DNA of 62,154 bases from a virus (IMGVR_UViG_3300008110_000717:1-62154); one strand, 5' to 3'. Shown: positions 44,777 through 54,059, counted from the first letter of the stretch. A program made the numbers and translations. Notes: generated by a model from the sequence alone, not told the origin.

Positions 44777-46186
44777 ATGAACACATACGAATACAACGGC
44801 GTTGACCGTTGGGATTGGATGATGGCAGCAGCCCAAGCGATACAGCGTGTGTACTACACCCATCTATCAGAAAAGCATCATCGCAGTTGGCACGTCAGGG
44901 AACAGGAACGCTACAGCATGCACCCCGTCATTCAGAAAGCAGTCATGCTTGCACCGCCAGCCGACTGGCATCAGTTAGTTCTTGAGTGGCCGCATGTCAG
45001 CGTATCAAACGACACAAGCAAGATCGCCTACACCCGCAACGAGCAGCATGGCATCGACAACAGGCAGACGGCAACGTCAGTCGGTAAGTACATAACGCGA
45101 CACTTCCCTACCCTTAAAGACCATGAGGTACGTGACTTGTGCGGTATGTACGGCGCGTCAACGTTCAAGATCACACATGACATGGAGCAGATGATCGACC
45201 TGCTACAGCGCGGCCCGAAGTCGTGCATGGTGTTTGACGAGAATGATTCCGACGATAGATGCGACGAGGGACATCCGTATCGGGTCTATGCGCCAGGTCT
45301 GGGCTGGGGTCTGGCAGTGCGCATGGTAGGCAATGGCGTCGATGGTCGGGCATTGGTCAACGAGAATGACAAGTCGTTCGTGCGTAGCTATCGGCGTAAT
45401 GAGAACGGCTACTCAGGGGCAGACGAGGACTTGCAGTCATGGCTCAACGATCAGGGGTACAGGCACGTCAGGGGTTGGCAGTTAGGCACACGCTTGCGCT
45501 ACATACCGTTCAGAAAGTACGGGCAAGACATACCCACCGCACCATATATCGACGGACAGAATCGCAGCGTCAGGGTTGACGAGTACACCAAGACGCTAAT
45601 CATTGACGACGATGGTGAGTGGTTGTGTGACATGACCAACGGCGAGGCGCAAGAACAAAACGCATGTGTATGTCCTGACTGTAATGATCGTGTCCATGAG
45701 GATGAGATGAACTCTACGTATGACGGCAACGGCGAGTCGGTATGTAACTCATGCCTTGAGAACGACTACTACTACGTGCATGGGCGTAATGAATACGAGT
45801 ATTACGTACACCGCGATGATATGGTCGAGGTCAATGGCAACTACTACCACGATGAGTTCTTAGCAGACAACGACATCGTTGAGCTGTATGACGGTGAGTA
45901 TGAGGAGCGTGACAACACCGTGTGTATTGACGGCGACTACTACATGCACGACGACGAGCGGATTGTGCATTGCGAGGACACCGATGATTACGCGTTGATC
46001 GATGACTGCTGGCAATGCTTTGTGTCTGACAAGTGGTATGCAAGTGACGATCCGATACGCTTGTGCTGCATCGACAGCCAAGACGAGATCACCGTACACG
46101 AGGATGAGATACACCGCTACGAGTCCGACATTGCTTCATACGACCCCATCATTGACGCTTGCCTTTTCCAAACTGAAGGAGAATAA
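44777..46186 (+). CDS. Hypothetical protein with CxxC and Asp/Glu/Tyr-rich repeats
   Basis: GPKSCM, GRALV, PYID, CPDC..CNSC, acidic repeat tail. Confidence 0.7.
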   Translation: MNTYEYNGVDRWDWMMAAAQAIQRVYYTHLSEKHHRSWHVREQERYSMHPVIQKAVMLAPPADWHQLVLEWPHVSVSNDTSKIAYTRNEQHGIDNRQTATSVGKYITRHFPTLKDHEVRDLCGMYGASTFKITHDMEQMIDLLQRGPKSCMVFDENDSDDRCDEGHPYRVYAPGLGWGLAVRMVGNGVDGRALVNENDKSFVRSYRRNENGYSGADEDLQSWLNDQGYRHVRGWQLGTRLRYIPFRKYGQDIPTAPYIDGQNRSVRVDEYTKTLIIDDDGEWLCDMTNGEAQEQNACVCPDCNDRVHEDEMNSTYDGNGESVCNSCLENDYYYVHGRNEYEYYVHRDDMVEVNGNYYHDEFLADNDIVELYDGEYEERDNTVCIDGDYYMHDDERIVHCEDTDDYALIDDCWQCFVSDKWYASDDPIRLCCIDSQDEITVHEDEIHRYESDIASYDPIIDACLFQTEGE

Positions 46187-46189
46187 ACC

Positions 46190-47293
46190 ATGACTAACCA
46201 ACCAGTACTCATGCACGTATTACACACCGCCCTATCAGTCAAGCGCCCACACAAGGGCAAGGGCGTGTGTGACTTCATGCTGTTTTTGATCGACACACTA
46301 CCTAAACCCCTGCTACACACCACACACTTGGATGAGTGCGGCAACCTGCACGTTGATGCGCGTGGCAAGGGGAGTAAGACTTTGTTCGTAGCCCACATAG
46401 ATACGGTACACAGACAAGACGGCAAGAACAAGATACGCAAAACCAAACATATGTGGTACGCCAAGGGCGACGTGCTGGGTGCGGATGACGGTGCGGGTGT
46501 TGCGTTGCTCATGCACATGATCTGCGCAGGGGTGGCGGGGTACTACGTGTTCACGCAGGGCGAGGAGAAGGGCGGCATCGGGGCTAAACACTTGCGCGAT
46601 AAGCACCAAGACCTATTGAAACAGTTTGATCGGGCGATAGCGTTCGATAGGCGTGGGCTTGACAGCGTCATCACGCATCAGGGGTGGGGTAGGTGCTGCT
46701 CTGATGCGTTCGGTGAAGCGTTATGTCTGGAGTTGGGCAAAGCCAACGACAACCTGATGCACTTAAATGATGACACAGGCGTGTACACCGACACCGCTGA
46801 GTTCGTTGACTATATCCCTGAGTGTACCAACATCAGCGTAGGGTATGACCACGAGCACAGTCAGCAGGAGAGTCTCAACATCTCTCACTATCAACAGCTT
46901 TCTTCGGCGGTTTTGTTGGTGGATTGGGAGTCCCTGCCAGTGTCGCGTGACCCCACGCAGCCTGACCCGAAAGATAGGTACGCAGGGTTCGGGTTTGATT
47001 GGAAACCCACGACAACCAAAAAGAAAAGCTACGGTGCATACGTCTACGACATCGAGCGCGAGGCACTGTACGACGACCTGCTGGACTTCAGATACGGACA
47101 CACCGAGCCACTACTACGCCGCGTCGCTGCCGTAGCCTACCCTGACGACCCTGAGTTAGCTATGCGGCATATGAACCCGCGCATGATTGACGACGAAACG
47201 CTGGACGAATTGTTACTTGATATTGATGGGATAGATTCACAAGACTTCGATGATGTCATGCTGGACTTGTTTGATTTGATGCACGTAGCGTAA
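46190..47293 (+). CDS. M28/M20-type zinc peptidase
   Basis: AHIDTV, LGADDGAG, GEEKG, AFDRRG, YDHEH metal ligands. Confidence 0.85.
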   Translation: MTNQPVLMHVLHTALSVKRPHKGKGVCDFMLFLIDTLPKPLLHTTHLDECGNLHVDARGKGSKTLFVAHIDTVHRQDGKNKIRKTKHMWYAKGDVLGADDGAGVALLMHMICAGVAGYYVFTQGEEKGGIGAKHLRDKHQDLLKQFDRAIAFDRRGLDSVITHQGWGRCCSDAFGEALCLELGKANDNLMHLNDDTGVYTDTAEFVDYIPECTNISVGYDHEHSQQESLNISHYQQLSSAVLLVDWESLPVSRDPTQPDPKDRYAGFGFDWKPTTTKKKSYGAYVYDIEREALYDDLLDFRYGHTEPLLRRVAAVAYPDDPELAMRHMNPRMIDDETLDELLLDIDGIDSQDFDDVMLDLFDLMHVA

Positions 47294-47335
47294 ACAATAA
47301 TGGGGTCAGGTTGACCCCTTTTTAAGGAGAAGCAA

Positions 47336-47572
47336 ATGACTAGAAAGAAATCACGTTACACAGAAGCAGCCATAACCAAACGTCGGCTTGAGGATATACG
47401 AGCAGGCGAGGTACATGAGGCACTACACGCAGCGTTTTTTAATAGGTCGCCCGTGAACGTGAGAGAGGTACGCGACCGCTTAGACCCCGCGTTGAAAGCA
47501 ATGGAGATACGGGAGATATTAAAAGTAGACTTAACCAACGGCGGAGACGGTGATGACCCCACTTATAACTGA
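47336..47572 (+). CDS. Hypothetical protein
   Basis: AAGGAGAAGCAAATG start. Confidence 0.65.
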   Translation: MTRKKSRYTEAAITKRRLEDIRAGEVHEALHAAFFNRSPVNVREVRDRLDPALKAMEIREILKVDLTNGGDGDDPTYN

Positions 47573-48329
47573 GATGTCCGGTGCGATAAAAGAAGATGCG
47601 TTGAACTATAAATGGTTTGATGTATCTGAAGCAAAAAGAGAGGAACTAGTAGAAGACACCGCGCTTGATTTATTGCGACAACCTTTTCCGTTCGAGCAGT
47701 GTGCTGTTGTGGGGTTGGATGTAGATGGAAATAAGTATGCGTTCTTTGTGCACAAAGCAATGGCAGAGGTGGAGAACGGCACTACGCAAGAGTGCATTCG
47801 CATGAGAAGTTTTTGTAAATTTATGAATGACCACTTATTTCAACTCAACCCCTCACTAACGATTGACATATCAGGAGGGCACCTAAACAAAAGCGAAGCA
47901 ACCATTGATGATGTGCGGGTAGCCATTGATGGGAAGTTTCTTAGTGAGCACCCAGAGTTTCTTAATAACCAAGAGATGATGAACGAAGCTGTTACCGTCT
48001 CTATGAACCTATTAGTTGAATGGTTGCAGGTATTGGATAAGAAAAATATAGAGGTGCACACGCCTATTAAACGATCTAACCATGCCAAGCGTATAAGGCA
48101 GGGAAAGAAACCGTTCTATGATTGGCACACGGTAACTATTGAACCATCTAAGCCAGCAGCACCACACAAGGGCGGTACACACGCAAGCCCCAGACTACAT
48201 GAGGTACGTGGGCATTGGGTAGTCAACCGCAACGGCAAACGCTTTTGGAGACGACCGCATGAACGCGGGGATGCGGCACTAGGTATTTCGTTCCACGACT
48301 ATAAAATTAAAGGAGAAGCACATGGATGA
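47550..48329 (+). CDS. Conserved phage protein
   Basis: C-terminal HASPRLHEVRGHW..FWRRPHERGD motif. Confidence 0.65.
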   Translation: MMTPLITEMSGAIKEDALNYKWFDVSEAKREELVEDTALDLLRQPFPFEQCAVVGLDVDGNKYAFFVHKAMAEVENGTTQECIRMRSFCKFMNDHLFQLNPSLTIDISGGHLNKSEATIDDVRVAIDGKFLSEHPEFLNNQEMMNEAVTVSMNLLVEWLQVLDKKNIEVHTPIKRSNHAKRIRQGKKPFYDWHTVTIEPSKPAAPHKGGTHASPRLHEVRGHWVVNRNGKRFWRRPHERGDAALGISFHDYKIKGEAHG

Positions 48330-48414
48330 CTGGGATGTTGACGAGGCATTGGGCATATTCTGTGCGCTAGTGTTAGCTGCGTTGTTGGTATTGTTGTATC
48401 TTGAACTCTTGTGA
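48322..48414 (+). CDS. Small membrane peptide, 30 aa
   Basis: MDDWDVDEALGIFCALVLAALLVLLYLELL; AAGGAGAAGCACATG start. Confidence 0.55.
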   Translation: MDDWDVDEALGIFCALVLAALLVLLYLELL

Positions 48415-48417
48415 GTT

Positions 48418-48456
48418 TGTCAAGAGCTTGACAATCTAGCTGGTCTGTTTTACTGT
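48418..48456 (+). promoter_or_regulatory. Promoter TTGACA-17-TACTGT overlapped by operator TGTCAA-GAGC-TTGACA
   Basis: Consensus -35 is the right half of the palindrome. Confidence 0.65.
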
Positions 48457-48478
48457 CTAATTTAAAGGAGGGAATACT

Positions 48479-48679
48479 ATGGATGGAACAGTCATATCCA
48501 AGGCATCAATGCGTCCTACGCCGTACGATACAGGCAAGGTAAAGATTGGTAGGTTTTATGAACCACCTAAACCACCATTAGAACCCGATGAACTAGCACT
48601 ACAACACGCACTATTAGGTATCGCACCACCCAAAGAAACATTTTTTCAACGTCTAATCTCTCGCTTAATAAGGGGGTAG
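48479..48679 (+). CDS. Hypothetical protein
   Basis: TPYDTGKVKIG..Y.PP, LQHALL; SD AAGGAGG. Confidence 0.65.
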   Translation: MDGTVISKASMRPTPYDTGKVKIGRFYEPPKPPLEPDELALQHALLGIAPPKETFFQRLISRLIRG

Positions 48680-48681
48680 TC

Positions 48682-49281
48682 ATGAGTGATTTGCGCACAG
48701 CAATAGTAAACGCACTAAACAAAATAGAAACGGAGAAGCAGATGCAGAACAACGAATTGAAAGACACCATCACCGAGTGGGCGAACGACGATAAACAAGA
48801 ACCAGATGTACGCTCCACTACATTCAAGCCAACCAACAACGTAACACGCGAAACGTTTAACGCAGTGCGAGACAATCCGGGTAAAACAAACGGGCAGCTA
48901 GTACGCTTAATGCAAGCTAGAGGATTCAACCCGTCATCCGTTGGCTCACTACTAACGCAGATGGTACGGCAAGGATTGATACGTCGTGATGACGAAGGGA
49001 AGTTCTCAGCGCAGGTAGCAGAGTACGCCCCATTAAAAAGTCCAGCAGCTATAGCAAAGCAGAAGAAAATCGTACACCTTAATCGGTCCAAGCGCCCCTA
49101 CGTGAAAGCAGCTAGGCAGAGCACCAAGGAAGGCATCGCAGCGTTGGGTACGCATACTACCGCGCCTGTGGCTACCCCTGTCGCTGCCTTTGACCCAGAG
49201 CAAGTGCTGTCAACACTTTCTTTCCCGCAGGTGTTGACGTTGTATAAAAAAATTAAAACTCTTTTGGGAGAAGCCGCATGA
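48682..49281 (+). CDS. Putative winged-helix DNA-binding protein
   Basis: VRDNPG...SVGSLLTQMVRQGLI. Confidence 0.55.
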   Translation: MSDLRTAIVNALNKIETEKQMQNNELKDTITEWANDDKQEPDVRSTTFKPTNNVTRETFNAVRDNPGKTNGQLVRLMQARGFNPSSVGSLLTQMVRQGLIRRDDEGKFSAQVAEYAPLKSPAAIAKQKKIVHLNRSKRPYVKAARQSTKEGIAALGTHTTAPVATPVAAFDPEQVLSTLSFPQVLTLYKKIKTLLGEAA

Positions 49282-49484
49282 TTGTTGATGAAGCAAACAA
49301 ACTCGCAGACTATTTGTCTGGTATGCCACGTCACCAAAAAGATTTAGACGCGGCCATTATGTTGCGCTTACTTGCGCGTGTGTATCAGGTAGCCAAAGAA
49401 ATGCTGGATGCCAAGACGATAGACACCAGCATGGCAGCGCATGATGAACTGATTGACTTAATCAAAGGGAAGCCAGACTCATGA
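49278..49484 (+). CDS. Hypothetical protein
   Basis: ATGA coupling; GGAGAAG SD. Confidence 0.6.
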   Translation: MIVDEANKLADYLSGMPRHQKDLDAAIMLRLLARVYQVAKEMLDAKTIDTSMAAHDELIDLIKGKPDS

Positions 49485-49714
49485 ATTTCGTGCGCAACAT
49501 AGCTAAAGAACTAAAAATGTTTCAGTACTTGACGGATAACTACAAATTAAAAACAGACGCTGACTTAGCTGATTTTATGTTGTGTTCCAAGACAGTAGTG
49601 AGCATGACGCGACGAGGCCAACGAGCACTGAGTGCTCGATTAATTTTAACCATCTACGACAGAACCCCGCTATCTATTGAAGAGATCAGGGATATGTTAA
49701 AGGAGTATGTGTAA
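49481..49714 (+). CDS. HTH (CI/XRE-like) protein
   Basis: LKTDADLADFM.CSKTVVSMTRRG. Confidence 0.6.
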   Translation: MNFVRNIAKELKMFQYLTDNYKLKTDADLADFMLCSKTVVSMTRRGQRALSARLILTIYDRTPLSIEEIRDMLKEYV

Positions 49715-49827
49715 TGGAGACGTATGCGTTTCTTACGTTTATAGGGGGCGTCCTTGTAGGTATGGGCACGGCAATACTACTAATTTGTTTAGCTATGATT
49801 ATATGGAGCAAGCGTGGCAACTCCTGA
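49714..49827 (+). CDS. Small membrane peptide, 37 aa
   Basis: METYAFLTFIGGVLVGMGTAILLICLAMIIW...; SD AAGGAG. Confidence 0.5.
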   Translation: METYAFLTFIGGVLVGMGTAILLICLAMIIWSKRGNS

Positions 49828-50125
49828 AGCTAAAGTAAAATTGAAGGTTAGAAAATTACTTGATGAACTGCACGTTTATTATTTCTTTCCCCCAGCTAAC
49901 GGTTACGGGCGTGCCGGTATCCCTGATGTCGTTGGCTGTGTTCATGGTTGTTTCGTAGCTATTGAATGTAAGGCAGGTCGCGGTGTACTCACTGCGCTAC
50001 AAGAACGAGAGCTTGCAAAAATCAACGACGCGGGAGGATTTACTTTTGTCGCCAGAGAAACCAACATCGACGAACTAAAGGAGAAACTTGTATGTCTGAT
50101 CCAAAAGAATTTGCCAAGCGTATAG
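49814..50125 (+). CDS. VRR-NUC nuclease / resolvase
   Basis: TPEAKVK, AGIPDV, AIECK, TALQ. Confidence 0.85.
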   Translation: MATPEAKVKLKVRKLLDELHVYYFFPPANGYGRAGIPDVVGCVHGCFVAIECKAGRGVLTALQERELAKINDAGGFTFVARETNIDELKEKLVCLIQKNLPSV

Positions 50126-50364
50126 AAGAGATGGATGAAGATGACCGCAATAACTTCCGCGACATCATTGAAAAACTTTCGCACTGCTATGTTAAAGATG
50201 CAGCGCAAGCTGTGATTTTGTACGCGCACATTGACGCACCCATGACAGAAGCACTGACTATTAATTGCAATGACATGGAGACGTACGACATTATTCAAGG
50301 AGCGTTAGGGTACTTTGAGTTTTTAAACATGCGCGATGCACCACCAAAGGAGAACTTTAATTGA
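50092..50364 (+). CDS. Hypothetical protein
   Basis: SD AAGGAG; acidic 90 aa. Confidence 0.6.
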   Translation: MSDPKEFAKRIEEMDEDDRNNFRDIIEKLSHCYVKDAAQAVILYAHIDAPMTEALTINCNDMETYDIIQGALGYFEFLNMRDAPPKENFN

Positions 50365-50564
50365 TGATTGAGACGATAGACCATAAGAAAATCTTTGCTT
50401 GGATTAATGCAGTATGGGCAAAGTCATTAGCCGCAGTAGTTATGTTTGTACTAGGAATATGGATAGGACAAGTACAAACAGAGAGCCGCGTAATTGGTGA
50501 CTGTAAATACTCAGGAGCCTTTCGCGTAGATCATCAAGCGTTCATGTGCCAGAGGAGAATATGA
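50361..50564 (+). CDS. Small single-TM protein
   Basis: Hydrophobic segment followed by DCK..F.C. Confidence 0.55.
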   Translation: MMIETIDHKKIFAWINAVWAKSLAAVVMFVLGIWIGQVQTESRVIGDCKYSGAFRVDHQAFMCQRRI

Positions 50565-50770
50565 TGAGAGCATTTCCAAATTTTAGAAGCGACGGTATGG
50601 AGTTACGTGATTACTTTGCGGCGAAAGCTATGACAGGCGCGCAAATTTGGGACGCGGTTTTAAACGGCACACATCCAGTTTTTGAAGGTAGTGATGGCCC
50701 AACAAAATTAGCGGAAGTGGCGTATGCAGTAGCAGACGCAATGATGAAGGCGAGAGAGGTGAAGGGATGA
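50561..50770 (+). CDS. Conserved small phage protein (LRDYFAAKAM family)
   Basis: GMELRDYFAAKAM..AYAVADAMMKAR. Confidence 0.7.
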   Translation: MMRAFPNFRSDGMELRDYFAAKAMTGAQIWDAVLNGTHPVFEGSDGPTKLAEVAYAVADAMMKAREVKG

Positions 50771-51063
50771 CTAGAGATGACATTATCCGCATGGCGCATG
50801 AGGCTGGATGGTCTGGCATTTATTCGCAGTGGGTCAGCCCTATTGAGCGTGAGCACCTGACTGTGCCTGTGACGATGGGGCAAATTGAACGTTTTGCCAC
50901 CTTAGTCGCAGCAGCAGAGCGCGAGGCGTGTATCAAACTGATAGAAGACTTTTCAAAGACTACGATGGTTCCTGTTAGAGATACATGGGTCATGGGTTTG
51001 ATTGCAGGAGCTAACGCGCTACGCGCAAGGGGGCAGCATTTTATGGGATGGCGAGGGGATTAG
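50767..51063 (+). CDS. Conserved small phage protein
   Basis: DDIIRMAHEAG..ERFATLVAAAEREAC. Confidence 0.65.
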   Translation: MTRDDIIRMAHEAGWSGIYSQWVSPIEREHLTVPVTMGQIERFATLVAAAEREACIKLIEDFSKTTMVPVRDTWVMGLIAGANALRARGQHFMGWRGD

Positions 51064-51090
51064 GTTTCATCTTGAGAAGCGGGGGCAGGG

Positions 51091-51324
51091 ATGACTGAAC
51101 CGGAGCCGCAGGAAACAATAGCTAAATGGATAAAAGCAAACACTGAACACAGGCAGTGGTACATCTGCCCCAAGTGTAGCTACCAAGCGCCGCGATTTAA
51201 AGATGAATGGGTTGGGCTGACGGATGATGAGATATACGAAGCTGTTGAAAATTCAAACAGTGTACTTGTTAAGGATATGGCTCGTGCCATCGAAGCCAAG
51301 CTAAAGGAGAAGAACGGTGGATAA
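51091..51324 (+). CDS. Conserved small phage protein
   Basis: CPKC, EWVGLTDDEI..ARAIEAKLKEKN. Confidence 0.65.
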   Translation: MTEPEPQETIAKWIKANTEHRQWYICPKCSYQAPRFKDEWVGLTDDEIYEAVENSNSVLVKDMARAIEAKLKEKNGG

Positions 51325-51526
51325 GTTTCAACAGGCCACCACCGATCAACTGTACTTCCGCGATCCGGACATCGATCCACCGCCACGGGGTACAAGCATG
51401 TTGTTATTGAATCCGGGTGGGGTATGTGTGATTGGTGTATGGGATGACACGTGTATAGGTTGGTGCCCAAAGCCAAAGGTTCCTAAAGAGTTGAAAGCTA
51501 AACATGCCCAAACAAAAGAAAGCTGA
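51317..51526 (+). CDS. Small phage protein (DUF551-like)
   Basis: PPRGTSMLLL..G.W..W.P.P. Confidence 0.6.
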   Translation: MDKFQQATTDQLYFRDPDIDPPPRGTSMLLLNPGGVCVIGVWDDTCIGWCPKPKVPKELKAKHAQTKES

Positions 51527-51740
51527 CTTCGATTGGGAAGCAGTCATTAACGGCAACCGCATTGGTATAGGCCAAGTGTTTGACAGCATTACCAAAGGTG
51601 AGGTTGATGAGGTTGAGCTTGAGAAGTTATATAACTTTGTGCAGTTTTCGCTGGCACTGATGCAACTATGTGGTCCACAGAAGTGGGCGCAGGCGAAGAT
51701 GAACGCGGAGATGATGAGTTACTTAAAGGAGAAGAAGTGA
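51504..51740 (+). CDS. Hypothetical protein
   Basis: Stop overlaps the polymerase GTG. Confidence 0.55.
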   Translation: MPKQKKADFDWEAVINGNRIGIGQVFDSITKGEVDEVELEKLYNFVQFSLALMQLCGPQKWAQAKMNAEMMSYLKEKK

Positions 51741-53716
51741 GTAAGCCGTTTGAAAAAATCTTGACCATTGATTTCGAGACGCGATGGTCGAGCAAGGAGT
51801 ACACGCTCTCGCGTATGACAACTGAGGAATATATCCGTGACCCACGATTCAAAGCATTTGGTGCCTGTATACATGAGTACGGCACAGACGAACCAACCCA
51901 ATGGTTCAATCATGAAGACCTACCTGCGGTTCTCGCTGAGTATGATTGGTGTCGTGTTGCCGTACTTGCTCATAACGCTCAGTTTGATGTATCTATCTTG
52001 GACTGGATTTACGGTGCTCGTCCTAGCTTTATTTTTGATTCTCTCAGTATGGCCCGTGCTCTACGAGGTGTGGAAGTTGGAAATAGCCTTGCTAAACTCG
52101 CAGCAGACTTCGGATTACCAGAGAAGGGTCGAGCCGTACATTCCACGGACGGACTGTCCGAGATTTCTAAAGAAGTCGAAGCAGAACTTGCGGCGTACTG
52201 TAAGCACGACGTCTTCCTCTGCGAAGAAATATTCACGCGTCTATCGGTAGGCTACCCCAAGTCAGAGCTGCGCCTAATTGATATGACGTTAAGGATGTAC
52301 ACCGAACCCACACTGATCTTAGATCAGGAATTATTAACGCAGGCTATTGATGAAGAGAGGATTATTCGTGAGGATTTATTGGAGCGCCTTGGTGTGGATG
52401 ATTCAACGCTGGCAAGTAACCCTAAGTTTGCGGATTTATTGGTGGCGATGGGTTGCCCTGCACCATACAAGACAAGTAAGACGACAGGCAAGCAAACACT
52501 GGCACTGGCTAAGAATGACGCGCTCTTCCAAGCACTACTCAACGGCTCCAACGACGACGTTAAACTGCTTTGTGAAGCACGACTGCGAGTCAAGTCTACA
52601 ACTGAGCGAACACGAGCGCAGCGTTTTCTTGACATCGCAAAGCGAGGCACACTTCCAGTACCACTCAGCTACTACGGCGCAGGCACAGGGCGGTGGACGG
52701 CCTCCAAGGGGAGTGCCATCAATATGCAGAACCTCAAACGCGCAAGTGCATCACGCCGATCACTACTAAGAGAAGCGATCATGGCTCCCGAAGGGCACGT
52801 CGTGGTGGCTGGTGACTTGTCTCAGATCGAGCCGAGAGTGTTGGCGTGGCTGTCTGACTATGAGGACTTGTTAAATATCTTTCGCTCCGGTGAGGATGCC
52901 TACGCACAGTTCGGGTCCCAGATGTTTAACATCCCCGGCATGACTAAGAACAGCCACCCAGACCTACGACAGAGTGCCAAGTCGGCGTTGCTGGGGGCAG
53001 GCTATGGGTTGGGTTGGGCATCGTTTGCCAGCCAGTTGTTGACAGGCTTTCTGGGGGCACCTCCTGTGCGGTACGACATAGCGTTTGCTAAGAAGTTGGG
53101 TGTCACTAAAGAGTACATCGAGAAGTTTCTGGAGTGGGATGACAACGTTATTAAGCTAGAAGAAATCCCCCACACCTGCACAAAAAAGGAACTCTTGATA
53201 CATGCAGCAGCATCCAAGAAGATCATCGACATCTACCGAGCCACTGCGCATCCGGTTGTTTCCTTTTGGGAAATGTGTTCTGACCTGATTGGCCGTAGTC
53301 TTTACGGTGGTGAGGAGTTCGTGTATAAATGTCTAATCTTCCGTAAGGGCGAAATAGAATTGCCTAACGGGATGAAGCTACTTTATCCAGACTTACGCGT
53401 TGTAAAAGACGATAGAGGTAGGAGCCAGTGGGTATACGGGCCAGACGCTACCAAGTTATACGCAGGGAAAGTAACAAACAACGTGACACAAGGTGTTGCG
53501 CGTATCGTCATGACTGATGGAATGCTACGGGTAGCTAAAAAGTACCCTGTGGTAGGCACAGTGCACGATGAATTATGGGCGATAGCTTTAGATGAAGAAG
53601 CAGAAGACGCACAGAAGTGGGTGTGGGAGCAGATGGTTATGGAGCCAAAGTATATGCCGGGCATTCCATTGAACTCAGAAGTTGGGTATCACCGCCGTTA
53701 CGGTTTGGCTAAATAA
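51737..53716 (+). CDS. DNA polymerase, family A, with 3'-5' exonuclease
   Basis: Exo I DFET, Exo II HNAQFD, Exo III YCKHD; motif A DLSQIE, B KSALLGAGYG, C VHDE; GTG 51737 with SD. Confidence 0.95.
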   Translation: MSKPFEKILTIDFETRWSSKEYTLSRMTTEEYIRDPRFKAFGACIHEYGTDEPTQWFNHEDLPAVLAEYDWCRVAVLAHNAQFDVSILDWIYGARPSFIFDSLSMARALRGVEVGNSLAKLAADFGLPEKGRAVHSTDGLSEISKEVEAELAAYCKHDVFLCEEIFTRLSVGYPKSELRLIDMTLRMYTEPTLILDQELLTQAIDEERIIREDLLERLGVDDSTLASNPKFADLLVAMGCPAPYKTSKTTGKQTLALAKNDALFQALLNGSNDDVKLLCEARLRVKSTTERTRAQRFLDIAKRGTLPVPLSYYGAGTGRWTASKGSAINMQNLKRASASRRSLLREAIMAPEGHVVVAGDLSQIEPRVLAWLSDYEDLLNIFRSGEDAYAQFGSQMFNIPGMTKNSHPDLRQSAKSALLGAGYGLGWASFASQLLTGFLGAPPVRYDIAFAKKLGVTKEYIEKFLEWDDNVIKLEEIPHTCTKKELLIHAAASKKIIDIYRATAHPVVSFWEMCSDLIGRSLYGGEEFVYKCLIFRKGEIELPNGMKLLYPDLRVVKDDRGRSQWVYGPDATKLYAGKVTNNVTQGVARIVMTDGMLRVAKKYPVVGTVHDELWAIALDEEAEDAQKWVWEQMVMEPKYMPGIPLNSEVGYHRRYGLAK

Positions 53717-53729
53717 TAAGGAGAGGCAA

Positions 53730-54059
53730 ATGGAAAACATTAAAAAGAAACAAACAGAATTCCCACGCAGTATTCGTGTGGGAAAGAAACGCTACTCAAT
53801 TGACGTAGTGGAATCAATGATTCAGCGTGGCGATATGGCACGTGTGCACTACGATAAAAACTCAATAGAGATAGGCAAGCGCAGTAACAAAACAGGACGT
53901 AAGTTTGGCAGGAAACAAATGCACGATTCGTTCTGGCATGAGCTGGTACACGCAATACTCTATGACATGGATGCCCATGCACTAAACAAGAACGAGAAGT
54001 TTGTAACTGAGTTTGCTTCCCGTCTATCAGAAGCAATTGACTCTGCGAGGTTTGAATAA
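53730..54059 (+). CDS. Small HExxH metallopeptidase-like protein
   Basis: FWHELVHAIL..NEKFV; AAGGAGAGGCAAATG start. Confidence 0.65.
   Translation: MENIKKKQTEFPRSIRVGKKRYSIDVVESMIQRGDMARVHYDKNSIEIGKRSNKTGRKFGRKQMHDSFWHELVHAILYDMDAHALNKNEKFVTEFASRLSEAIDSARFE

Larger units (their letters stand above)
41086..47318. repeat. Dispersed palindrome (C)GGGTCA-N3-TGACCC(G), 7 copies
   Basis: 41086, 41599, 42564, 43646, 44041, 44741, 47302; at or near gene boundaries. Confidence 0.9.

Noticed and set aside
41086-47318. CRISPR array, or estrogen response elements (GGTCAnnnTGACC)
   Set aside because: Copies are separated by whole genes of irregular length with no cas genes; the match to the eukaryotic element is coincidental in a phage.
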